Made by a program: the position numbers and the translations under genes. A model generated the notes under the pieces. That model was not told the origin of the DNA, did no database searches, and saw nothing but the letters and a program-made list of their open reading frames with translations. Shown here in pieces: positions 40,035-47,708 of a stretch of DNA of 57,036 bases. Position 1 is the stretch's first letter; each line of letters starts with the position of its first letter. The DNA comes from Patescibacteria group bacterium (GTDB lineage: Bacteria; Patescibacteriota; Minisyncoccia; Phycocordibacterales; UBA2100): the NCBI GenBank assembly GCA_038062075.1, contig JBBTXY010000008.1, forward strand, positions 1 through 57,036, in the 5' to 3' direction.

Positions 40035-40837
40035 AATCCCAAAGATGCCTGTCCTTTATTCGCCTTCGATGCGAACGCTTGCAGTTTCTTCCCTGCCGCC
40101 TCGCGGTAGACGCAGAAATCGCATGCGGCCCCGACTTCCGGCAGTGCGTCCGCATCGAGGCACGCCTTGATGGCATCGAGTGTCGGATCAATCCAGCCGG
40201 TCTCCCCATCGCACGGTACGACGGTCACTTCGAATTCGAGATGTCCGTCGAACGCGGCCTTGTCCGCACTCGCGTTCGCATAGACAAAATAGCCGCGCGG
40301 CGAGACGTCGAACCCGTTCTTCGCGAGCAGCCACTGGTACACGCCCATCTGCCGACGGTATTGATCCTCCCATGAGGAATCAGCGAGGCTCTCGATAGTC
40401 CCATTCTTCGATGTCGCCTTGTAATCAACGACGATGAGCTTGCCGTTCTTATCCTGCCAGACGTCGTCGACCGCGCCGGAGACAACGAGGCCCGTCTTTT
40501 CATGACGATGCTCGAGGCCTTTGAAATTCTCCCGCCACGTATCGATGTCGGGATGGTTGAACGGGATCGCGTCTATCCCATACGTCTCCATAAGGGGATG
40601 TTTCGAGCCTTCCGTGCGATGAATATCGAATTCCTTTTTGAGGAGTGCGTCCACTGCGACATTGAGCGTGAAGGCGGGACCACGCGGACGGCCTGTCCCG
40701 AGCTTGTTATCAAGATAGAAACAGCGCGGACATTCAACGAAGAGATCTATTTTCGACCGGGAAAGGCGCCATTTCGACCCGCCGTAGTTCCAATCCGGAG
40801 AACGATCAGGGTTGTACTTCTTCGTGAATTGCGCCAT
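40031..40837 (-). CDS. PD-(D/E)XK nuclease superfamily protein (RecB/Cas4-like, stand-alone)
   Basis: CPRCFY, GAVDD, VVDYK, QMGVY, CDFC. Confidence 0.85.
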   Translation of the reverse strand: MAQFTKKYNPDRSPDWNYGGSKWRLSRSKIDLFVECPRCFYLDNKLGTGRPRGPAFTLNVAVDALLKKEFDIHRTEGSKHPLMETYGIDAIPFNHPDIDTWRENFKGLEHRHEKTGLVVSGAVDDVWQDKNGKLIVVDYKATSKNGTIESLADSSWEDQYRRQMGVYQWLLAKNGFDVSPRGYFVYANASADKAAFDGHLEFEVTVVPCDGETGWIDPTLDAIKACLDADALPEVGAACDFCVYREAAGKKLQAFASKANKGQASLGL

Positions 40838-40859
40838 CACGAGAGTATACCATTGTGCG

Positions 40860-41012
40860 TTTTACTGGCGACGTAGAGCGAGCGAGATGCGAAAGCGCAG
40901 CTTTCGCATCTCCGAGCCGAGGAGCCAGAAACCGGCGCAACGCCCTGCGCTATGCGCAGGGTGTCTTTCGAGCCGCAGGGTGAACGCCCTGCGGTCTCGA
41001 AAGAGCCGGTTT
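40860..41012. repeat. Modular GCA-triloop repeat, long copy with nested hairpins
   Basis: TTTACTGGCGAC..GAGATGCGAAAGC-GCA-GCTTTCGCATCTC-CGAGCCGAGGAGCCAG-AAACCGGC[..]GCCGGTTT. Confidence 0.85.
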
Positions 41013-41478
41013 ACTCCTCTTCAACGGAATCGTGATACCACTCTTTGAAACGATGTTCGACGTACCACATGCCGAAAAAGATGACGAGGGTGAGCGCGGT
41101 CGCAAAAACAGCGAGCGCATACATCCCGAATCCAACGACGACGCCAATCGATGCTGCGACCCACAGCCCCGCTGCCGTCGTGATGCCATGGACGCCATTC
41201 CCTTGGAAGAACATGACGCCACCCCCGATGAAGCCGACACCCATCACGATGCCTGCGGCGATGCGCATCGGGTCGAAATTGACATAGCCGAGGAATTGAT
41301 TATCGACGTACCACCCGACGAGCGTGAACATGCAGGCGCCGAGGGAGACGAGTGCAAACGTGCGTGTGCCTGCCGATTGCCGCGCAACGACCGCGCGTTC
41401 CGTGCCGATAAGCATGCCGAGGACGGCTGCAAGCACGAGCTTGCCGAACATCACGAACGTCGGATCAGGGATGAGCAT
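41011..41478 (-). CDS. MgtC/SapB family membrane protein
   Basis: IGTER, AGTRTF, DPMRIAAG, GITTAAGLW. Confidence 0.92.
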   Translation of the reverse strand: MLIPDPTFVMFGKLVLAAVLGMLIGTERAVVARQSAGTRTFALVSLGACMFTLVGWYVDNQFLGYVNFDPMRIAAGIVMGVGFIGGGVMFFQGNGVHGITTAAGLWVAASIGVVVGFGMYALAVFATALTLVIFFGMWYVEHRFKEWYHDSVEEE

Positions 41479-41511
41479 GATGTTTCAGTATACGCTATCT
41501 CCCCACGGGAT

Positions 41512-42381
41512 TCAGGCATGATGCAATAGAGGTGTGAATTGCGCATCGACTTTCGTGAGGGGCCTGCAGAGGTACTGTGCTTCCTCCAAGACCTGCGGGA
41601 TACGTGCCGGCTTCACGCCATACTCCTGGAGGACATGTGCGGTTTGCACGTCACGGCAGAGCACGATGTGATTGTCCATGAGGCGGCGTTTCTCGCCTTC
41701 CGTCAGCATCGTGAGCGCAGTCAAGGGATGTACACGGGCTTCTTCGATCATTGTGAGAAGCCCGCGATTGTGCGGGTAATCCCAGCCAAGGAACGTCAAT
41801 CCTGAACACTGCGCATAACGGATGGCGTTCCGGGTAAAGCGTGTGTTTGTCACAAGCCAGCCTTCGGAAACGCGTGAGGACTGCTCCGGCGCGCGCGCGA
41901 GGTCTTCGAAACGCGCCTTCACGTAGAGCGCATCTTTCACGTCGGTTTTCCCGCCGGCTTCGTTGTGGAATTTCGCTTCGATACCGGCGCGCCGGCCGTT
42001 TTTCTCCGCAAGCACGTCAACTTCGTGCGGCGCGCAGCGGCCCGTCATCGCGACTCCCGTGCGCGTTTTCCACCCGTGCGCGCGCAGGATTTCCGCCAGG
42101 AATTGCTCAAACGGAAAACCAGAGGGGCCGAGCGCGAAGACCGCGCGTTTTACCGAATAGCGCGCCGCGACCGCGGGGGTCCCCTCTTCGCGCAGAAGCT
42201 CGAATGCATGCGCGTAGATGTCTTCCGTGCGCATGCCCTCGCGAAGCTCGCGCTCGATGCGCGCGATGATGTCGGCGCGCGACGCAGGCGCCGCGCCCGC
42301 ACGCGAGAGTGAAAGGTCGAGTTTATGTGGGTCGAATGGCTCCCTTTCGCCATCGGCTTTTGTTATCAAAACCGGATGCAC
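41512..42381 (-). CDS. ATP-cone plus Mrr-like restriction endonuclease domain protein
   Basis: ITKADGEREPFD (ATP cone); FEQF..HEVDV..IEAK..LVTNTRFT (Mrr_cat). Confidence 0.85.
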   Translation of the reverse strand: MHPVLITKADGEREPFDPHKLDLSLSRAGAAPASRADIIARIERELREGMRTEDIYAHAFELLREEGTPAVAARYSVKRAVFALGPSGFPFEQFLAEILRAHGWKTRTGVAMTGRCAPHEVDVLAEKNGRRAGIEAKFHNEAGGKTDVKDALYVKARFEDLARAPEQSSRVSEGWLVTNTRFTRNAIRYAQCSGLTFLGWDYPHNRGLLTMIEEARVHPLTALTMLTEGEKRRLMDNHIVLCRDVQTAHVLQEYGVKPARIPQVLEEAQYLCRPLTKVDAQFTPLLHHA

Positions 42382-42433
42382 AATGCTTCAGTATACGTGT
42401 TGCTGGTCTCTCCAGCGCACTTTTTCCACAGTG

Positions 42434-42513
42434 TTTACTGGCGACATAGAGCGAGATGCGAAAGCGCAGCTTTCGCATCTCCGAGCCGAGGAGCCAGAAA
42501 CAGGCGCCGGTTT
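42434..42513. repeat. Modular GCA-triloop repeat, short copy
   Basis: Near-identical direct repeat of 40861-40936, ending AAACAGGCGCCGGTTT. Confidence 0.88.
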
Positions 42514-42520
42514 ACAACGT

Positions 42521-43594
42521 CTACGGCACAATAACGCCCCCGCCGACGAGCGCATCGCCATCATAGAGAACCAACGACTGCCCCGGCGGAGCGAGATGCG
42601 GTTCTCTGAACCGCACCTGATCGCCGGAAACCGTACAGGCGACAGGCGTCTCGCGGTATCGTGCCTGTGCGAGAAGCGGCTCGCCTTCGTACGGCTTCTC
42701 GATCCAATTCGTGTCGGTAAGAGTCACCGATGTGCGCAGCGCTCGCGCCCTGTTTTTTGAAACGGTTATCGTGTTGCGCTTTGTGTCGATCCCAATGACA
42801 TACGATGGCTCTTCGTGCGTGGTCGTCGCGGAAATGCGAAATCCGTGCCGCTCGCCCACGGTATAGAGCGCTGCGCCGTCATGTTCGCCGATAGTCTTCC
42901 CCTCTTCATTGAGTACCGCTCCTTTTTCAAGCGGCAGATAGTGCGCTAAAAAGTCGCGCAATGAGACGTCCCCGACGAAACAAAGCCCCTGACTATCGCG
43001 CTTTTTTGCGACGGGAAGCCTGAATTGTTCCGCGAGTGCACGCACCTCCGGCTTCGTATAGCCGCCGACCGGAAAGAGTGTTTTGGAGAGGTCGTCTTCG
43101 GTGAGCTGCCAGAGGAAATAACTTTGGTCCTTGTTGAGATCCTTACCGCGGAGAAGTCGATGGTGTCCGGGAGATCGTAACTCCCGATATCGGGAGTTAC
43201 GATCTCCCGATATCGTCATAATTTTAACATAATGACCTGTCGCAATTATATCGGCGCCTTCTGCAAATGCCCACTTCTTGAACGCACCGAACTTAATGTG
43301 CCGGTTGCAGAGAACATCCGGATTCGGCGTCACGCCCCGCGCATAGTTCGCGACCATGTCATCAATGACCGACTTTTTATACTCCTCGGAAAGATCGATT
43401 TCCTTAAAGGGAATCCAGAGCGCGGCGCACACCCGCATCGCGTCAAGCCTGTCTTTCTGCCACGGACACTCGATGAACTCCGGCCGCCATATCTTAATGA
43501 ACGCGCCCACAACATCGTAGCCCTGTTCTTTCAAAAGCGCGGCCGAAACAGCGCTATCGACGCCGCCGGAGAGACCGACAAATACTTTGCTCAC
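42521..43594 (-). CDS. mnmA: tRNA 2-thiouridylase MnmA with an in-frame palindrome insertion
   Basis: SGGVDS, TPNPDVLCN, ATGHY, KDQSYFL, SQGLCF. Confidence 0.96.
   Translation of the reverse strand: MSKVFVGLSGGVDSAVSAALLKEQGYDVVGAFIKIWRPEFIECPWQKDRLDAMRVCAALWIPFKEIDLSEEYKKSVIDDMVANYARGVTPNPDVLCNRHIKFGAFKKWAFAEGADIIATGHYVKIMTISGDRNSRYRELRSPGHHRLLRGKDLNKDQSYFLWQLTEDDLSKTLFPVGGYTKPEVRALAEQFRLPVAKKRDSQGLCFVGDVSLRDFLAHYLPLEKGAVLNEEGKTIGEHDGAALYTVGERHGFRISATTTHEEPSYVIGIDTKRNTITVSKNRARALRTSVTLTDTNWIEKPYEGEPLLAQARYRETPVACTVSGDQVRFREPHLAPPGQSLVLYDGDALVGGGVIVP
43168..43209. repeat. 42-bp REP-like palindrome inside mnmA
   Basis: Identical to 23938-23979; contributes GDRNSRYRELRSP. Confidence 0.95.
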
Positions 43595-43595
43595 A

Positions 43596-43697
43596 AGGTA
43601 AAAGGTAAAGGGTAAAGGTTAAAAGTACAAGTTAAAAGTAACAAGTGACTTTTGACCTTTAACCTTAACTTTTACCCTTGAACTTTTGCCTTTTAAC
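43596..43697. repeat. Inverted arrays of degenerate 6-7-mers (AAGGTAA.. / ..TTTAACC)
   Basis: Purine-rich units followed by complementary pyrimidine-rich units fill the mltG-mnmA gap. Confidence 0.75.
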
Positions 43698-44747
43698 TTA
43701 GGTTCCTAAATACAACTTCTTCTTCCTCAAATGCTCCTCGTATGTCTTCGAATAGTGGGTCACGTGGTTCTTATCGGCGAGATAGAAAAGATACCCTTCG
43801 TCGATGGGCGCCACGGCAGCACGCAGGGATGAAAGCGATGGCGAGCCGATGGGCCCCGGCGGCAGGCCTTTGTTGGCGTAGGTATTATAGGGGTCATCTT
43901 CGTTTTTGAGGTCGGCATTCGTAAGGCTGAACGTTGAGCGCCCGATGGAGTAGAGGAATGCCGCATCAACCTGGAGGGCCATACCTATCTTGATGCGCCG
44001 CCAGAGGACTCCCGCGATCATGCGCCGATCTTGCGCCGTATGGGCTTCTTTCTCGAGAATGGATGCCATGATGACGACTTCCGAAAGGGGCTTCCCAAAG
44101 TCGGCGATCTCTCCCGCAAGGGAGGCGATGTGCGTATCGAAGTTCTGCCGCAGTGCTTTCAGAACGACTTCTTCGGTCGCATTGGGAAGGAAGAAATAGG
44201 TATCCGGGAACAGATACCCTTCTTGCGGCTGTGCTTCCGTGAGAAATTTCTCTTCGTCAAAACGCTGGAGCTGTGCGCCGAATAATTTCGCCATCTCTTT
44301 CGTCGTCATCCCTTCGGTGACGCGGATGCGGATGGGTTCGAGACCGAACGCACCGGTCGTGATGGCACGCGCAACAGAGAAGAAATCCTTAGGCTCCTTA
44401 AAGAGATAATCGCCCGCGCGCACGCCGCGCTCCGCGCCGAGCATCATGACCGCAAGGCGGAGCGCGAAACCGCTTCGAACGACCTTTTGCTCTTCAAGAA
44501 GCATGCCCACTTCTTCTGCCGTCGCGCCCTCGGGAACGGTGATCAGCTGCCCCACCGGAAACCCTCGTGGCGGCGCGACAACGGACACATATATGAGAAG
44601 TGCGGCTGTACCGATGGCGATGATAAGAAAGAGCGAACGACGATTTGCCCCCTCCTGCCAGCGCACGGTGATCGCCTCTTCCATCCTCCCCGCAAACGAC
44701 ACGAGCGTACGGAGCTGCTGAATGAGCGCGTCAAAGAATTTTTGCAT
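43698..44747 (-). CDS. mltG: Endolytic transglycosylase MltG
   Basis: EGYLFPDTY, MASILEKE, PYNTY..GLPPGPI. Confidence 0.94.
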   Translation of the reverse strand: MQKFFDALIQQLRTLVSFAGRMEEAITVRWQEGANRRSLFLIIAIGTAALLIYVSVVAPPRGFPVGQLITVPEGATAEEVGMLLEEQKVVRSGFALRLAVMMLGAERGVRAGDYLFKEPKDFFSVARAITTGAFGLEPIRIRVTEGMTTKEMAKLFGAQLQRFDEEKFLTEAQPQEGYLFPDTYFFLPNATEEVVLKALRQNFDTHIASLAGEIADFGKPLSEVVIMASILEKEAHTAQDRRMIAGVLWRRIKIGMALQVDAAFLYSIGRSTFSLTNADLKNEDDPYNTYANKGLPPGPIGSPSLSSLRAAVAPIDEGYLFYLADKNHVTHYSKTYEEHLRKKKLYLGT

Positions 44748-44755
44748 GGAAGGTA

Positions 44756-46210
44756 TTACACCGGGAGATTCGGCGGCGGCGGCGCCTTCGCCGAAGGAAT
44801 GCGCTGGAGGCCTGGCACTTGGATCGTCCTCGATGGCGGATGCCAGATGGTCGCCAAGGTCTCGACACTCGTGATGTTGTATGGCGTTTTCCAGGGATCA
44901 TGGAATACTTGGCGTCGGCGATACCGGTCGAAATACCGGCGCATTTCGATTTCCCACCGGATGCCGTTCCAATCTTGCCACTCGTAATCCCACACGTTGT
45001 GGCCGCGACGCGGACGAAGCATGACCATGTAGTTCGGGTTCGCAAATGGCCGATAGAGCCAGCGTATCGCCGTATATTCGGAGCTGCGCATCTTCCTGCG
45101 CGGCGCGATGTAGATGCCACGGCCGCAGAATTCGAACGGAAGTTTCCCCAAATGCCGCGCCATGGCGGCCATCTGCGCGCGCTGCTGCTCCGTCGGATGG
45201 GGGAATCCGTACTTGATCTCCTCCCCACCATTGGGCATTTCAGCCGCTTTTTTACGGATCATCTCGACCTCTTCCTCGACGATTTTCTTCCAGTCACTCA
45301 CCAAGTGAGAACGAAAGACGATCTGCACCCACGCCTGCTCATCGTGGTTCAAAGCACCTAAAGTCTCCAGAACCTGCGCAAAAGGCTCCACTTTGAATTC
45401 TTCCTTCGGGTCTTTATCAAGCTCGAAGTCGATATACGTACGGATGCTATACGCGTTAAGACGGGGGCTGCTTTCATCTTTAATGTGATTAGCTACAAAA
45501 ATGTAATCGGTACCGAACCCCTCGTATTTCTTCGGGTCATACTGGAAACGCATCGCATAATCCTCAACCTCCACGAGCTCAACCTCCGGATACTGGGCAT
45601 ACATGCTTGCTTCCACCATGTTCTTGAAAGCTTTTCTTGTCCAGATGTAAAAATGGATCTCACCGCCAAAAGACGCTATCTCCAACGAAAAGTAGGGGCG
45701 GCAACCACCGTGCCACACGCGATCAATAAAGGTCGTCTCGCTCGCGCGGATCCAAAAACCCGTCAAAACTTGCTCCATGGCTCGAGGGGATTTCGTGACT
45801 TCCATGGGCATCTTCACTTCAAGAAGAACGGGGTTTGTCCGGCGGAAAATATAATTTGACCGTACGTACCACATCCACGCTGCCGAAAATCCGAGGATAA
45901 ACCCGACAACGCCGATAATGGGCGAGAACAACAACAACCACGCCCAAGTTAGCGTGATGAAGGACGGAAAGAGTATATACGCGCCGATAAAGAGTGGGAT
46001 AAACAAACCAGTAATAAAAAGTGCACGCGAAATACCCCAATCTCCAACGTAATCCACCCATTCCTCGAGATTCATCAACCCTCCGATCTTCCCCAGGAGC
46101 GATTTCTCGTACTTCCCGCCGTGGTGGGGTGAGATCAAGGTCTCAATGCCGCCCGCGACCGATTCGAACGCTGCGTCAATAGCGGATTTCCCTTTTGCCT
46201 CTTCGGCCAT
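44756..46210 (-). CDS. Membrane-anchored hypothetical protein of CPR type
   Basis: Two TMs; KSPRAMEQV, FSLEIAS, YAQYP, ETLATIWHPP, PPPNLP. Confidence 0.75.
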   Translation of the reverse strand: MAEEAKGKSAIDAAFESVAGGIETLISPHHGGKYEKSLLGKIGGLMNLEEWVDYVGDWGISRALFITGLFIPLFIGAYILFPSFITLTWAWLLLFSPIIGVVGFILGFSAAWMWYVRSNYIFRRTNPVLLEVKMPMEVTKSPRAMEQVLTGFWIRASETTFIDRVWHGGCRPYFSLEIASFGGEIHFYIWTRKAFKNMVEASMYAQYPEVELVEVEDYAMRFQYDPKKYEGFGTDYIFVANHIKDESSPRLNAYSIRTYIDFELDKDPKEEFKVEPFAQVLETLGALNHDEQAWVQIVFRSHLVSDWKKIVEEEVEMIRKKAAEMPNGGEEIKYGFPHPTEQQRAQMAAMARHLGKLPFEFCGRGIYIAPRRKMRSSEYTAIRWLYRPFANPNYMVMLRPRRGHNVWDYEWQDWNGIRWEIEMRRYFDRYRRRQVFHDPWKTPYNITSVETLATIWHPPSRTIQVPGLQRIPSAKAPPPPNLPV

Positions 46211-46257
46211 TCCTTAAGTATATCAATTTTTCTCCAGCGATACGAAGGCGATTAACA

Positions 46258-46382
46258 ACAGCGCTCGTGAAGGCGCACCATATGCGGTGCCTAGCGAGCC
46301 CGACGGGGCGAGCTCGAGGAATTTTTCAGTAGAAAAATATCCGTGCACCGCATATGGTGCGCCGGAGCGAAACCTGCGCTGT
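46258..46382. repeat. Multi-stem intergenic element with a 19-bp perfect inverted repeat
   Basis: GGCGCACCATATGCGGTGC (46272-46290) / GCACCGCATATGGTGCGCC (46345-46363); outer ACAGCGC/GCGCTGT. Confidence 0.8.
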
Positions 46383-46383
46383 A

Positions 46384-47406
46384 TTACCTCCCAATCGCGT
46401 ACTTCCCGTCCTCCCGCCGCTTAAATTCAGAGTGCTGGAGATTAACGACGATGGTCGCGTCTTTGACATATCGCTCGCGCTTCACGCGCTCGATGATCTC
46501 CTCGCGCGTGAGAGCCCCGTCGCGTTCGATGATGTTGCGGATGACCTCGCGCACGACGCCGGGCGCATAGCCCCATTCCTTCAAGGCGTAGAGGCCGCGG
46601 CCGACGAGGACGAAACGGCTGTCCTTGATGAGTTCGTTGTGGGTTGTCGCCGGGTGCGCCTCGCGTTTGAAGAGGTCGTGGATGCCCTTCGCGACTTCGG
46701 TGAAGTGCATGGGCGAACCGTGACGCTTCAAGGTAAGATACGCGAAATCGCGGGTGTTCTTGATGCGCACATGGGGCGACTCCATCCGCCCCCACTCGCC
46801 CAAAGGGTTCTTGCCGAGGCGCTTCGAGAGCGCGAGCCAACGCAAGAGCACCTCCTCTTCTCGAAGCTTCACACCCGCCACCTTCAAGTAGCGTGCGAAC
46901 TCTTCGAGGAACTCGTCTTCCGGAAGAAGCGCGGTCGGTTCGATCGATTCATAGAGTTCGGAAAGCGCCTGCTCCACCGCTTCGGCGAGCGTCGCATCCA
47001 CGTACCACCGACGGTGAAAATCCGGAGTCTCGCGCTTGTCGATAAAATGAGCCCCTACCGTGAGGATGAAGAGCACGTGATTGCGCTCCGCCTCACTCTT
47101 CGGGATAAGCGTCAAAATGGTGTGTTCCGCAAGGACGGCGCCCAATTCCGCGATCGCTTTCTTAAGCTCCTCGAGCGTCCGCGCATGCGCGGCGTAGCTC
47201 TCCGAATCACGGATGCTCGCAAGGCCGCCGCTCTCTATCTGGCGGATGCGCTCGCGGGTGATGCCATATTCCTTCCCAATAGCCTCGAGCGTGCGCCCCT
47301 TCCCCTCGGAGAAGAGACCGAAACGGTCGGAAAGCACTTTGCGAACGCGCTCCGGGAGTCCGACGAGGAGATCTTTGGTGACTGACTTGGCTTGGAATGA
47401 TTGCAT
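46384..47406 (-). CDS. Sigma70 region-4 HTH fused to HARE-HTH (RNAP delta-like) domains
   Basis: RFGL..TLEAIGKEYGITRERIRQIE; HNELIKDSRFVLVGRGLYALKEW. Confidence 0.8.
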   Translation of the reverse strand: MQSFQAKSVTKDLLVGLPERVRKVLSDRFGLFSEGKGRTLEAIGKEYGITRERIRQIESGGLASIRDSESYAAHARTLEELKKAIAELGAVLAEHTILTLIPKSEAERNHVLFILTVGAHFIDKRETPDFHRRWYVDATLAEAVEQALSELYESIEPTALLPEDEFLEEFARYLKVAGVKLREEEVLLRWLALSKRLGKNPLGEWGRMESPHVRIKNTRDFAYLTLKRHGSPMHFTEVAKGIHDLFKREAHPATTHNELIKDSRFVLVGRGLYALKEWGYAPGVVREVIRNIIERDGALTREEIIERVKRERYVKDATIVVNLQHSEFKRREDGKYAIGR

Positions 47407-47472
47407 GGTAGTGCAAATAATTGACTCTACTCAATTCGTATGATGTACCTTATATCAATTACCCCCCAGACT

Positions 47473-47612
47473 GTCAACCCCGTTAGAAGTCCTTGGTGAA
47501 AATATTTACCTTTGGAGGTAAATATTTCGTGGTCTTATCAAATACGATACGTAACGTAATACCTTGATTCACAGAACATTAATACCCTGCCACAGACTTC
47601 TAACGGGGTCAA
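47473..47612. mobile_element. 130-bp MITE-like element with 5-bp duplication GTCAA
   Basis: GTCAA|CCCCGTTAGAAGTC...GACTTCTAACGGG|GTCAA; internal hairpin AAATATTTACCT/AGGTAAATATTT. Confidence 0.7.
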
Positions 47613-47708
47613 TACTTTCCCTTATCAACAGTCATATCACAGATAAGTCACAGATGCGAGGGCTCTGCGGCTCGGCCTTCCGAAACGCCTCTGTGATAGA
47701 ATCGCTTC

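Noticed and set aside
47407-47708. oriC upstream of dnaB
   Set aside because: Only one imperfect DnaA box (TTATCAACA); other boxes (42422, 56356) are isolated, and much of the gap is explained by the MITE-like element.
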